The position numbers and the translations under genes were made by a program. Positions 28,538 through 40,077 of a stretch of 64,000 nucleotides of DNA are shown here, one piece after another. The stretch covers positions 1-64,000 of the forward strand of contig JAZDOG010000101.1 of NCBI GenBank assembly GCA_043798915.1. The letters are read 5' to 3'. Source of the stretch: Pseudomonadota bacterium (lineage in GTDB: Bacteria; UBA10199; 2-02-FULL-44-16; JAAZCA01). Numbering within the stretch: the stretch's first letter is position 1; every line of letters begins with the position of its first letter. A model generated the notes under the pieces. That model did no database searches. It was given only the letters and a program-made list of their open reading frames with translations, and was not told where the DNA came from.

Positions 28538-28685
28538 GAAAGTGATGGAACCGATGATTTGTCGAGCGGCGTCTGAGCGAGCCGAAATCAGCAGCCTTAA
28601 AAGCTCGGCGAGCGAGGCGCAGGCGAACCGCCGGCGTCTGAGGCGGTGAGCCGTAGCGAGACATATCACCGGTTCCATCACTTTC
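28538..28685. mobile_element. MITE-like hairpin element, right copy (inverted relative to 20486..20699)
   Basis: 16-bp perfect terminal IR GAAAGTGATGGAACCG/CGGTTCCATCACTTTC; body homologous to the left copy. Confidence 0.7.
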
Positions 28686-28689
28686 ACAG

Positions 28690-30006
28690 ATGTCCATGGT
28701 TACACTCCTCAGATTCATAGTCTGGTTCTTGGGGTGGGCGGCGAGGCCTTTCAGGCGCAAGTGGCGCCCCGGTATGCCCATCGAGTGCCTCGTCGTCGGC
28801 TATGGCGGCGCCAACAACACGGGCGCTGAGGCGAGGACGGTCGAGGCGATCCGGCAGATGCTCGATGCCGATCCCCGCATCCGCGTCACGCTCACCTCGC
28901 TCGACAGGGGGCAGACCCTTCGCTACATCGAGGAAGCGGAGCGCCTTCGCGTGGCCCAGATCGATCCGGTCTTTCTCGTGAGCGTCCTCCTCCTCGTCCT
29001 TCGCTCCGACATCGTGGTGCTGGTAGAGGGGAGCTGCTTCAAAGAAAACTTTTCCTCGGCGCTCCTGTGGTTCTTCCTCTATGCGGCGGACCTGGCCCAC
29101 AGGTTCGGGCTGCCTACGGTCTCCTACGGGGTGGACGCCGGCAAGCTGTCGAAGAAAAACCGGGGCTGGGCCGCAGCGGTTGCCAATCGCATGGACCTGC
29201 TGATGGTCAGGACCGCCGCCGCCGCGCGCGTCCTGCGCTCGATGGGAGTGGGGCGCGAGATAGCCGTGACGACCGACACCGCCTTCACGATCCGGCCGGA
29301 AGGACGGGAGTGGGTCGAGACGATCCTTACATCTCAAGGCATAGACCTCAAGAGGCCCGTCGTGGGGATCGCCTTCGAGGAATTCTTCTGGTGGCCGGTC
29401 GTGCCGTCGATCTGGCGCGCCATCCTGGGGGTCAAGAAGGACCGCTACAAATCGATCTATTACCACTCGTGGGGTACCGAAGGGAAGGTGAAGAGCCTCC
29501 TCATGAGGGAGCAGGTGGCTTCCTACGCAGACTGGGCCGCGTCGGAACTCGGCGCGCAGGTGATCTTTTTTGCGATGGAGAGGCTAGACATCGGTCCTTG
29601 CCGCGACGTGCAGTCGCTGATGAAATCGAAATCCATCCTGATCGACTCGGACCACGCGAACGCGCGCCAGGTCGCGGCGCTCCTGCGCTCGCTCGACTGG
29701 CTTGTCACGTGCAGATATCACGCGCTGGTGCTGGCCATGGGGGGCTCCGTGCCGACCATCGGGCTTGCGCACGACGAGCGCATCACGGCGATCATGGATG
29801 AGTTGGGCTTCATCGACGAGGGTTTCATCTCTCACGAGGAGCGGCGGGTGTTCGATCTCCTGAAGGAGAAGACGCTCCTGCTCAGGCGCGATTCCGCTCG
29901 CTTCCGGCGCGCCATCGAGCACGCGATGCCGGGCTATCTCGACCGCATGGCCGAGAACGGCAGGCGCTTCGCAGCCCTCGTCAAAGAAAGATTCCCTTCG
30001 GAATAG
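28690..30006 (+). CDS. Polysaccharide pyruvyl transferase family protein
   Basis: VGYGGANNTGAE near the N-terminus and TCRYHALVLA near the C-terminus. Confidence 0.8.
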   Translation: MSMVTLLRFIVWFLGWAARPFRRKWRPGMPIECLVVGYGGANNTGAEARTVEAIRQMLDADPRIRVTLTSLDRGQTLRYIEEAERLRVAQIDPVFLVSVLLLVLRSDIVVLVEGSCFKENFSSALLWFFLYAADLAHRFGLPTVSYGVDAGKLSKKNRGWAAAVANRMDLLMVRTAAAARVLRSMGVGREIAVTTDTAFTIRPEGREWVETILTSQGIDLKRPVVGIAFEEFFWWPVVPSIWRAILGVKKDRYKSIYYHSWGTEGKVKSLLMREQVASYADWAASELGAQVIFFAMERLDIGPCRDVQSLMKSKSILIDSDHANARQVAALLRSLDWLVTCRYHALVLAMGGSVPTIGLAHDERITAIMDELGFIDEGFISHEERRVFDLLKEKTLLLRRDSARFRRAIEHAMPGYLDRMAENGRRFAALVKERFPSE

Positions 30007-30068
30007 CGATGAGACGCCCTGTTTTTCCCCTATGAAACGGTTTTTTTTCCTGCTACAGGCAACGCTCG

Positions 30069-32473
30069 ATGCGACCGGAGATGCGCGACATACTGCCCTC
30101 AGTGAGAAGCCCGTTCCGCTACATCGGCGGCGAGGTGGGGGCGCGTGCGAAGTCGTGGGACGCGGCGGACGTGCGGATATGCCTCGCCTTCCCGGAGGTA
30201 TATGAGCTCGGGATGAGCCATCTGGGGCTCGCGATCCTCTATCATATTATCAATGACCAGCCCCGGATGCTCGCCGACCGTGTCTTTGCCCCCTGGCATG
30301 ACATGGAGGCGGAGCTTTCGCGCTGCAATGTCCCTCTCTTTGCGCTTGAGTCCGAGCGCCCCCTCTCGGAGTTCGACATCATAGGTTTTTCCCTGGGGTA
30401 TGAGCTCACGTACACGAACGTCCTCAATATGCTGAAGCTGTCCGGCATCCCATTGCGTTCCGAAGAACGGTCTCGAGTCTCAGGTCTCGAGTCTCAAGTC
30501 CCGGTAATTATCGCCGGCGGCCCCTGCACGTTCAACCCGATGCCGATGTCTCCATTCTTCGACGCGATGGTCATCGGCGACGGCGAGGGTGCGATAATCG
30601 GAATAGCGAACGCTGTTGCGGAATGGAAGGGGAGCGATGTGCCGCGCCTTGCCCTCTTGAAGAAGCTGGCAACGATCAAGGGCGTCTATGTGCCTCTTAT
30701 TCGAGACTCGAGTCCCGGCAAGGCCCACGTCTCCGATCTCGATTCAGCTCCATTTCCAGGTGTGCCCCTCGTCCCGCATGCCGCTACGCAGGAGCGCGTG
30801 GCGGTCGAGGTCGCTCGCGGCTGCGCGCGTGGTTGCCGGTTCTGCCAGGCCGGATACATCTACAGGCCGGTCAGGCAGCGCTCGGCTGCGCGCGCTGCGG
30901 GGCTCGCATGCGACGGGCTCATGGCGACGGGCAACGAGGATTTTTCGTTCCTCTCGCTCTCGATCGGCGACTGGCCGCCGCTCACGGAGGCGCTCCTCTC
31001 GGTGCATGACGGCATCGGGGGTCTCCCGGTCAACGCGTCGCTGCCCAGCCTGCGCGCCGAATCGCTCACACAGCCGGTGATCGATGCGCTCGGCCGCGCG
31101 CGGTCCGGCAGCTTCACGCTCGCGCCCGAGGCTGGCAGCGAGAGGATGAGGCGCTTCATCAACAAGGGCAACACGGACGACGACCTCTACGCATCGGCAG
31201 AAAAAGTTTTCAAGAGCGGCTGGCACGCGATCAAGCTCTATTTCATGATCGGCCTGCCCGGAGAGACGCCGGACGATATCGAAGGGATCATCCGTATATC
31301 AAACCGTTGCCTCGACATCGGCAGGCGGCATTGCAGGCGCCCCGAGGTCACGGTTTCAACATCGACGTTCGTTCCGAAGGCGCACACGCCATTTCAGTGG
31401 GAGAGGCAGATATCGATCGATGAGGCCCAGGCGATCCAGGGTGAGCTCAAAAGGCGCCTGAGGCGTCCCGGCCTTTTCTACAGGTGGCACGATGCCGGGA
31501 TGAGTTTTCTGGAGGGGGTGTTCGCACGCGGCGGTCCCGAGATCGCTCGCGCCGTCGAACTGGCGCACGAGAAGGGGGCGCGCCTGGACGGCTGGGAGGA
31601 GTTCTTTGATCTGGCGAGATGGAGGGAGGCCTTTGCGGAGGCGGGGGTGGCGCCGGAGGCCTGTCTCGAGGCGCGCGACACCGACGCAGCGCTGACGTGG
31701 GATCATCTGGGCGTGGGTCCCTCGCGCGAGTTTCTGATCCGCGAGCGCGAGAAGGCCCATGCGCTAGAACCCACGGAGGATTGCACTATCGGAAAGTGCT
31801 CCGCGTGCGGGGTGTGCGATTTTGAAGAGGTGAAGAATAGAATTGTAGATTCGACTGGAACTCGTTTCGAAACGCTGCGAGGGGTGACTCCTCCTGGGGA
31901 AGCTGGGGAGGGGAACCGACGCGCAAGCGGCGGGGAGGGGGTTTCCCCCTCCGAAGTTGCTTCCCAAGGAGGAGTCACCCCGAAGCAGCGCTATCGCTTT
32001 CGCTATCGCAAGATCGGCCGCGCCGCGTTCCTGGGTTCCATCGAGGCGCTGGACGCAATCCGCCGCGCGCTCAGGGCGTCGGGCCTCAAGCTCAACTACA
32101 GCGAGGGTTTTCATCCGCGCGCTAAAATAAGCGCAGGGCCGGCGCTTCCGGTGGGTATCGAGAGCGAGGCGGAGTTCATCGATGTCGAAATATGCGGCGG
32201 CGCCGATCCGGCCGATATCATGAGCCGGCTCGCGGGCCGCCTGCCGGACGGGATGGAAATAGCCGAGGCGGGCGCGCTTGCACCGCCGTACAGTTCCATA
32301 GAGGGATCGATAGCCTCGACCAATTACGAGGTTTACCTCCAAGGCGGCAGCGTGATAAGGGTCTCCATCCTGAACGCAAAGCCTCTGAAAAAAATCAAGG
32401 ATGTGCTGGCTGAGGAGCATGGCCTGGACGGCGATGCGCTCAAATCGGCGATAATAAGAAAGGTCGGAATAGA

Positions 32474-32492
<19 letters not shown>
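30069..32492 (+). CDS. TIGR03960-type B12-binding radical SAM protein fused to a DUF2344 domain
   Basis: PFRYIGGE, FPEVYELGMSHLG, EVARGCARGCRFC, IKLYFMIGLP; C-terminal YSEGFHPRAKIS..ALPVG; upstream of rne/rng. Confidence 0.9.
31873..31990. repeat. In-frame palindromic element inside the radical SAM gene
   Basis: GGGGTGACTCCTCCTGGGGAAGC ... GCTTCCCAAGGAGGAGTCACCCC (22/23 complementary) with outer CGCTGC/GCAGCG. Confidence 0.8.
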
Positions 32493-34000
<1,508 letters not shown>

Positions 34001-34079
34001 GTTGACTTTGAGGAGGGGGATGGGCTAGGTAACCCCGCTCATTGGGCGCATAAACGTGTCAGAAATAAAGGAGTTTACC

Positions 34080-34391
34080 GTGTACGCGGTCATAAAAACA
34101 GGCGGCAAGCAATACAGGGTGACCGAGGGGATGAACCTCAAGGTCGAAAAACTCGAAGGCGACATCGGGGCCAAGCTCTCGCTCGATGAGGTTCTCATGG
34201 TCGGCGGCGACGGTGAGCCGAAGATCGGCACCCCCCTGGTCTCGGGCGTTGCGGTCGCGGCCGAGGTCGTGAAACAGGCCAAGGACAAAAAGATCCTCGT
34301 TTATAAAAAAGAGCGGCGGAAGGGCTATGAAAAGAAATATGGCCACCGCCAGCAATATACGGAACTCAAGATAACGAAGATCAATGCATGA
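34080..34391 (+). CDS. rplU: 50S ribosomal protein L21
   Basis: YAVIKTGGKQYRV...GHRQ; GTG start with SD AAGGAG. Confidence 0.97.
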   Translation: MYAVIKTGGKQYRVTEGMNLKVEKLEGDIGAKLSLDEVLMVGGDGEPKIGTPLVSGVAVAAEVVKQAKDKKILVYKKERRKGYEKKYGHRQQYTELKITKINA

Positions 34392-34411
34392 CAGCATGAG
34401 TGGAGTGAGCG

Positions 34412-34675
34412 ATGGCACATAAAAAATCAGGCGGTGCAGCGAAGAACGGCCGCGACAGCCACGGCCAGAGGCGCGGCGTCAAGCGCTATGCGGGCCAGTT
34501 CGTGAAATCCGGCAACATCATAGTCAGGCAGTGCGGCACGCGCGTCCATCCTGGAAAGAACGTAGGTTTGGGCAAGGACTATACGATCTACGCGACGGCC
34601 GACGGAATAGTCGAATACAAGCGCGGCCGGAATGATCGCAATTTTGTGAGCATCATCCCGCAGATAAGTGAATGA
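34412..34675 (+). CDS. rpmA: 50S ribosomal protein L27
   Basis: MAHKK..G...NGRDS..RRGVK..GNIIVRQ. Confidence 0.97.
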   Translation: MAHKKSGGAAKNGRDSHGQRRGVKRYAGQFVKSGNIIVRQCGTRVHPGKNVGLGKDYTIYATADGIVEYKRGRNDRNFVSIIPQISE

Positions 34676-34703
34676 TGACATTGGCGCATGACTGAATAAG
34701 TCG

Positions 34704-34733
34704 AAACCCTCTGGCATCCAGAGGGTTTTTTAT
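34704..34733 (+). terminator. Intrinsic terminator between rpmA and obgE
   Basis: AAACCCTCTGG-CAT-CCAGAGGGTTT followed by a T run. Confidence 0.7.
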
Positions 34734-34740
34734 TTAAAAT

Positions 34741-35745
34741 ATGAAATTCATAGACGAAGCCATAGTTGAAGTCATTGCCGGCGACGGCGGCAAAGGGTGC
34801 GCGAGCTTCCGGAGGGAGAAGTACGTCCCGAAGGGCGGGCCCGATGGCGGCGACGGCGGGCGCGGCGGCAGCGTGATCTTCCGCACGGATGGCGGGCTCA
34901 CCACGCTCATGGATGTGAAGTTTCGCCACCGTTTCAAGGCCCAGAGCGGCGGGTACGGCAAGGGAAAACAGATGACGGGTTTAAGCGGGGAGGATGTTGT
35001 CATTCGAATTCCGGTCGGCACGGTCGTCTTCGATGACGATAGCGGCGAGGTGCTCTTCGACCTCGACAGGAAAGGGGCCGACTGGATCGCGGCAAAGGGC
35101 GGCAAGGGCGGCCTGGGCAACATGCACTTCGCATCATCGACCCATCAGGCGCCGCGGGAATTCACCGAGGGCAGGAAGGGAGAGCAGAGGCGCTTGAGGC
35201 TCGAGCTCAAACTTCTCGCGGACGTGGGGCTCGTGGGGCTTCCAAACGCTGGCAAGTCGACGCTCATCTCGTCTGTTTCAAACGCGCGGCCGAAGATCGC
35301 AGATTATCCGTTCACGACAATAACTCCGTGTCTGGGCCTCGTGAAATTCTCCGAGGAACAAAGCTTCGTGATGGCCGATATTCCCGGCCTCATCGAGGGC
35401 GCGCACGATGGCGCGGGGATGGGGGTCCAGTTTTTAAAGCACATCGAACGGACGCGGGTGCTCGTCCATCTGATCGACGTTACAGATCCTGCCCATCCGG
35501 ACCCGGTGAAGAGTTATAAGACCATTCGCCGGGAGCTTAAATCGTTCAAGGCAGATATTACAAAACGTCCGGAGATCGTCGTCCTGACGAAGATGGATAT
35601 CACGGAGGCGCGCGAGGTGTGCGACGATGTGAAGAAGAAGCTGAAAAAAGCCGGCGCAAAAAAAGTGCTGGCGGTCTCCGCACCGGTGCACGAGGGGCTG
35701 ACCGCGCTGCTCGGGGAGATTGCGAAATCGCTGTCAAAAGGTTAA
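34741..35745 (+). CDS. obgE: GTPase ObgE/CgtA
   Basis: FRREKYVPKGGPDGGDGG, GLPNAGKST, DYPFTT, DIPGLIEGA. Confidence 0.97.
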   Translation: MKFIDEAIVEVIAGDGGKGCASFRREKYVPKGGPDGGDGGRGGSVIFRTDGGLTTLMDVKFRHRFKAQSGGYGKGKQMTGLSGEDVVIRIPVGTVVFDDDSGEVLFDLDRKGADWIAAKGGKGGLGNMHFASSTHQAPREFTEGRKGEQRRLRLELKLLADVGLVGLPNAGKSTLISSVSNARPKIADYPFTTITPCLGLVKFSEEQSFVMADIPGLIEGAHDGAGMGVQFLKHIERTRVLVHLIDVTDPAHPDPVKSYKTIRRELKSFKADITKRPEIVVLTKMDITEAREVCDDVKKKLKKAGAKKVLAVSAPVHEGLTALLGEIAKSLSKG

Positions 35746-35780
35746 TATGCTACAGATTATTTCAAAAGGATGAGCCATCT

Positions 35781-36152
35781 ATGAAAAAAGAAAAGTTTGC
35801 CACATCCCGCGCGCTGGCGAAGAGGATCGCAGAGATCGCCGATGACCACAAGGCGGTCGACATCGTCGTCCTCGATCTCAAGAAGCTCACGAGCTTCACG
35901 GATTACTTCGTCATAGCCAGCGGCGCGTCGGATCGCCAGGTGCAGTCGGTCGCCGGCGCGATATCGGAGGAGCTCAAAAAAGCTGGCAGACGCCCTTTGG
36001 GCGAAGAGGGTTTAGGGAGCGGACAGTGGGCGCTCATCGACTATGGCGAGGTCGTCGCGCACATCTTCTATCACGAAGAACGCGATCACTATCAGCTCGA
36101 AAAGCTTTGGCACGATGCCCCGCGCGTCGTCTTCAAGGGGATAAATTCGTAG
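35781..36152 (+). CDS. rsfS: Ribosome silencing factor
   Basis: KAVDIVVLDL, DYFVIASG, WALIDYG..HIF..Y.LEKLW. Confidence 0.95.
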   Translation: MKKEKFATSRALAKRIAEIADDHKAVDIVVLDLKKLTSFTDYFVIASGASDRQVQSVAGAISEELKKAGRRPLGEEGLGSGQWALIDYGEVVAHIFYHEERDHYQLEKLWHDAPRVVFKGINS

Positions 36153-36243
36153 ATGAGTTACAAAATTCGCTTGACAGCGATCCCCGCTTTGTACTAGTAG
36201 GCCGCCTCTTGTTGGCAGTGCCCTGAAAAAGTCTGCAAAAAAC

Positions 36244-36272
36244 CACGCAACTTTTTTGAGAAACGGACGATA
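36244..36272 (+). promoter_or_regulatory. Putative sigma28-like promoter (copy 1)
   Basis: CACGCAACTTT-N11-GACGATA; same motif and spacing as 46187..46215. Confidence 0.55.
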
Positions 36273-36349
36273 CATGGGTTCTCCTCCGCGTTGAGGAGGC
36301 CAGCCAACCAGTCAAATAGTGCGAATCAACCGCAGAGGAGGATGTGATC

Positions 36350-37759
36350 ATGGGTAAGGAATCAATGGGACCAGTGGAAAGACTTGTGCCAGGCGTTTTA
36401 AGGGCGTCTCATTTGCCCAATTCGCTGGGTGAGCACGATGCGGATAAAGTCAACGCAGCTTTGGATGCGCTCGGGTGGGGGGATACCGCCATCAGAACGG
36501 TCGATGAGTTTCTTGAATCCAATCGCAGGGCGTGGACGCCTGCGGGGTTGAAGCGTCTGTCATCGCGCAGATCCTCTGTTTCTGACGCTCAGGGATTCTC
36601 TTTTTCTGGCGCTCAGCGGCGATTCTGGATGGCAGCGATTCCAGGCCTTCCGGAGTCCGGCCATGTGGATGGACGGCATTATACATTATCTTCTCTCCTC
36701 AGTGCTAAAATCCCCCAAGGCGCCTTTGCAGCGATGCTGAGGGATGTTTTGAAGCAACGGTTTAAGGGCGATATTTTTGCTATGGGTGCGACGCTGGGAA
36801 TGAGAGATGAAAAAGGGAAAATTTCTCCGGACCGTCTGGCTGAGTTGGAAGGGTATATGTCTGGCAATAAACTCCCTGAGAAATATGCCAAGGTGGTGAA
36901 TCTTTCCAGAATATTCAATGTGGATGAGGCTGACAGATTCACCTATGCCTGGCTCTCCGATGCCTACAGGGCTTCTGGGGGCTTCGTTTCCAGGCCGCGC
37001 CCTGAAGCGGTGCGCTTTGAAATCCTCCTCTTTGCGGTGCCCAGGATGCTGGGCACCGAGGGTTTTGATATCAGCGACGGAATAACGCCTGAGCTCATCG
37101 GCAGTGTCATGTTAAATGCCGAGCGAGCTGGTTTTGACATGAACAAGGTTTCCAATGTTGTGCACCAATATGCTTCCCTTTTCCCCGCATTGGCGGCCTA
37201 CCGGCCGCAGGTGCGCAAGAGAGGGCCATTATTAGGTGCGCTGATGACCGCCTTCGGCGCTTCGGCGGGGGTGGTGCTGGAGAAGGGGCCGGCCGCGGCG
37301 AAATCGGTCGCGGCGCTGGAGGATGAGGACGACGCCCCCATTGAGGTCGTTACCGATTCTGAAACGTTTAGGTCGGTTCGCAGATATGCTTCGGTGCGTG
37401 ACCTGGTTGAACATCTTAAATCCACCTTCGAGAGGGACGTCGTAAGATTATTTGGCATGTCTTTTCCGCAGATATGGAAAAATATTATAGACGGGAACAG
37501 ACAGGACCTTGTGCGGCGCGCCTTGAAGGTAGCGGCGTGCGAATCGACAACACGACAAATTGCGCTCTTGCGTTTCAAGATAGCGCTGCTTCAAATGGCC
37601 AAAGCGGACGGGCTTACGCATCATCACCCTTCGGCTGCCGCGCGTGCGCACCTTGAAAACTCTGGCGAAGGCGCTGCTGCTGATGAGGCTCAGGCTGCTG
37701 CGGCTCAGGCGGCTGTTGCGGCGCCTGCGGGGGCAGTTGTTCCAGTGCCAGCGTTATAG
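36350..37759 (+). CDS. Orphan protein, possible degenerate Xre-like HTH, Ala-rich C-terminal tail
   Basis: Long ORF with SD GGAGG and a downstream terminator; atypical codon usage; no family recognised. Confidence 0.7.
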   Translation: MGKESMGPVERLVPGVLRASHLPNSLGEHDADKVNAALDALGWGDTAIRTVDEFLESNRRAWTPAGLKRLSSRRSSVSDAQGFSFSGAQRRFWMAAIPGLPESGHVDGRHYTLSSLLSAKIPQGAFAAMLRDVLKQRFKGDIFAMGATLGMRDEKGKISPDRLAELEGYMSGNKLPEKYAKVVNLSRIFNVDEADRFTYAWLSDAYRASGGFVSRPRPEAVRFEILLFAVPRMLGTEGFDISDGITPELIGSVMLNAERAGFDMNKVSNVVHQYASLFPALAAYRPQVRKRGPLLGALMTAFGASAGVVLEKGPAAAKSVAALEDEDDAPIEVVTDSETFRSVRRYASVRDLVEHLKSTFERDVVRLFGMSFPQIWKNIIDGNRQDLVRRALKVAACESTTRQIALLRFKIALLQMAKADGLTHHHPSAAARAHLENSGEGAAADEAQAAAAQAAVAAPAGAVVPVPAL

Positions 37760-37774
37760 GAGCTTGAATTCACA

Positions 37775-37820
37775 GGCCGGCCCTCCCCTGGATCCGTCGA
37801 AAGGGAGGGCCGGTTTTTTT
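37775..37820 (+). terminator. Intrinsic terminator
   Basis: GGCCGGCCCTCCC...GGGAGGGCCGG followed by TTTTTTT. Confidence 0.8.
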
Positions 37821-37857
37821 ATGGCCGTGAAGCGGCGCATGTGCTTTGCTTTCCGGC

Positions 37858-38532
37858 ATGCTTCTCAAGACGCTCAGACGCGCTGCGGGTTTCGCCGCCG
37901 ATGCGCTCTATCCGCCGCGGTGCCCGCTCTGCGATGCGTTCGTGGCCGCGCGCGACGAGCCATGTGAAGATTGCTCCGCTTCCCTCAATATCCTCGAAGC
38001 CGATGCCTGCCTTTTGCATCTTTCCCGCAGCTGGTTTTTGCGCTGCCGCTCCCGCTTTGCGTATGACGGTCCGATCAGGAATGCGCTCCAAGGTTTCAAA
38101 TATGGCGAGAGGCTCGATCTCTTGAGATTTTTGACCGCGGCGCTTGCGGAGGAAGCCCGCCGGATGGGCGGGCTGAACCTCGTGGTTCCCGTTCCCCTGC
38201 ATCCGAAGAGGCTCGGAAACCGCGGTTTCAACCAGTCCGCGCTCCTTGCCACGAGGCTGGGAAAAATATCTGGCGCGCAGGTCGAACTGGGCGCCCTCCT
38301 GCGCACGCGCGACATAGCGCCTCAGGTCGGCCTCGAGAGGGCGGAGCGGATGGAAAATGTGAAGGGGGCATTCGCGGTCGATGAGAAGCGGACTGCGAAG
38401 ATAGCTCTGAGAGACATCCTCCTCATCGACGACGTCCTCACCACCGGCGCCACCGTCAACGAGTGCGCTCGCGCCCTCATGAAATCCGGCGCGAATTCCG
38501 TATCCGTCCTCACAGTTGCGCGAACACTGTGA
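37858..38532 (+). CDS. comF: ComF family protein (zinc ribbon + PRTase)
   Basis: PPRCPLC..CEDC, VPVPLH..RGFNQS, LLIDDVLTTGAT. Confidence 0.9.
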   Translation: MLLKTLRRAAGFAADALYPPRCPLCDAFVAARDEPCEDCSASLNILEADACLLHLSRSWFLRCRSRFAYDGPIRNALQGFKYGERLDLLRFLTAALAEEARRMGGLNLVVPVPLHPKRLGNRGFNQSALLATRLGKISGAQVELGALLRTRDIAPQVGLERAERMENVKGAFAVDEKRTAKIALRDILLIDDVLTTGATVNECARALMKSGANSVSVLTVARTL

Positions 38533-38599
38533 AGGAGGCATCTCATATTGACTGTCGTTGGGCGTCCGTGCTATCTTGGCGTAAATTCAGGGGAATATC

Positions 38600-39415
38600 G
38601 TGAATGACATTTTAAAAATAATGGAGGATCTGGCCAGGCGCGCGGGCAGGATCCAAATGGAGCGCCTGGGGCACGCCCATAAGATCGAGTACAAGGGCTC
38701 GATCAACCTCGTCACAGAGGTCGATCACGAATGCGAAGAGCTGATCGTCTCCGGCATCCAGAAGAATTTTCCCGGCGACGATTTTTTGGCGGAAGAGGGG
38801 ACTGTTGGTCACCCTCCCCTTCATCCCCTCCCATCGAGGGAGGGGAAAAAGAGTAAATGGATCATCGACCCGCTCGACGGCACGGTCAACTACGCTCACG
38901 GTTTTCCTTTTTTCTGCGTTTCCATTGCGCTCGAGCGCGATGGAGAGCTCGCGGCAGGCGTGATATACGACCCGAACCGCGACGAGCTTTTTGCTGCGGA
39001 AAAAGGCCGCGGGGCGACGATGAACGGGGCGCATATCCGCGTGTCGGCAGCGCCCATCCTCAAGCAGTCGCTCCTGGCCACCGGATTTGCCTATCACGAC
39101 TACAACGCTGGTTCAAACGAGCCGGTGGCAAACTTCGACAACTTCGAAAACTTCGTGAGGCGCTCGCGCGCCGTCCGCCGACCCGGATCCGCCGCGACCG
39201 ATCTGGCGTGGGCCGCATGCGGCCGGATCGACGGCTTCTGGGAACTCTATCTCAAACCATGGGATATGGCTGCCGGCGCCGTGATCATCCGGGAGGCAGG
39301 GGGCAGCGTGACAGCGTTTGACGGCGGCCCGTTCGACCTGTATGGTGACGAAATCCTGGCATCGAATGGCAGGATACATGATGAGATGATCGAAGTGCTT
39401 AAGGCAAAGAGATGA
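38600..39415 (+). CDS. suhB: Inositol monophosphatase family protein (SuhB-like)
   Basis: LVTEVD, LAEE, WIIDPLDGTVNYAHG, RRPGSAA, LKPWDMAAG. Confidence 0.9.
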   Translation: MNDILKIMEDLARRAGRIQMERLGHAHKIEYKGSINLVTEVDHECEELIVSGIQKNFPGDDFLAEEGTVGHPPLHPLPSREGKKSKWIIDPLDGTVNYAHGFPFFCVSIALERDGELAAGVIYDPNRDELFAAEKGRGATMNGAHIRVSAAPILKQSLLATGFAYHDYNAGSNEPVANFDNFENFVRRSRAVRRPGSAATDLAWAACGRIDGFWELYLKPWDMAAGAVIIREAGGSVTAFDGGPFDLYGDEILASNGRIHDEMIEVLKAKR

Positions 39416-40077
39416 TCGATCCGAATAAAAAAGATCCCACGTCGGTTTCGCCTTCGGATGTCTGCTACAGGGCCTTCGAGCTCATGGCCGCAAAGCAGTA
39501 CGTCGATGCGGAGAAGCTCCTGGCGGCCAACATGTCGCGCTCCGACGACGACGCAGCAATCGCCCTCTACCATTCCGCGATGGGGGTCCTCTTCAAGATG
39601 CAGGGGGAGTATAAGACCGCCTGGAAGCACTACGAGCGCGCCGAGAAACTCCTCCCGGATGACCCTGCGCTCAAGATCATCTCGGCCAGGCTCCTCATCG
39701 AACAGTTCGCCGAGTACGGTCAGGCGATAAAGAGGGCGAAGAAGGTCCTTGATCTGATACCCGGCAACCCCGTTTTCGCGCATCAGGCCTATACCACCAT
39801 GGGGCTCGCCCACATCCGCAAGGGCGACAGGAAGAAGGCGGTGAAGATGCTGGGTCTCTCGCAGTGCGATGACTTCAGGGGGTTCGTCTCAGCGAAGAAC
39901 GTCGACTTCGGGCTCGTCGAGGCGCTCGTCAAGCGCGGCGTCGGCATCGAGGCGTGCAGGGTCTTTCTCACGAAGGCGAAGGCCTTTGCCGAAGCGACGC
40001 GGGAGCAGCAATATATAAATCTCCTCGACCGGATGCTCGCTGCCTTCGACACAGAATATTCCTCCAAAGAAATATGA
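39412..40077 (+). CDS. Hypothetical TPR-like protein
   Basis: ATGA overlaps on both sides; helical repeats such as MGVLFKMQGEYKTAWKHYERA. Confidence 0.75.
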   Translation: MIDPNKKDPTSVSPSDVCYRAFELMAAKQYVDAEKLLAANMSRSDDDAAIALYHSAMGVLFKMQGEYKTAWKHYERAEKLLPDDPALKIISARLLIEQFAEYGQAIKRAKKVLDLIPGNPVFAHQAYTTMGLAHIRKGDRKKAVKMLGLSQCDDFRGFVSAKNVDFGLVEALVKRGVGIEACRVFLTKAKAFAEATREQQYINLLDRMLAAFDTEYSSKEI

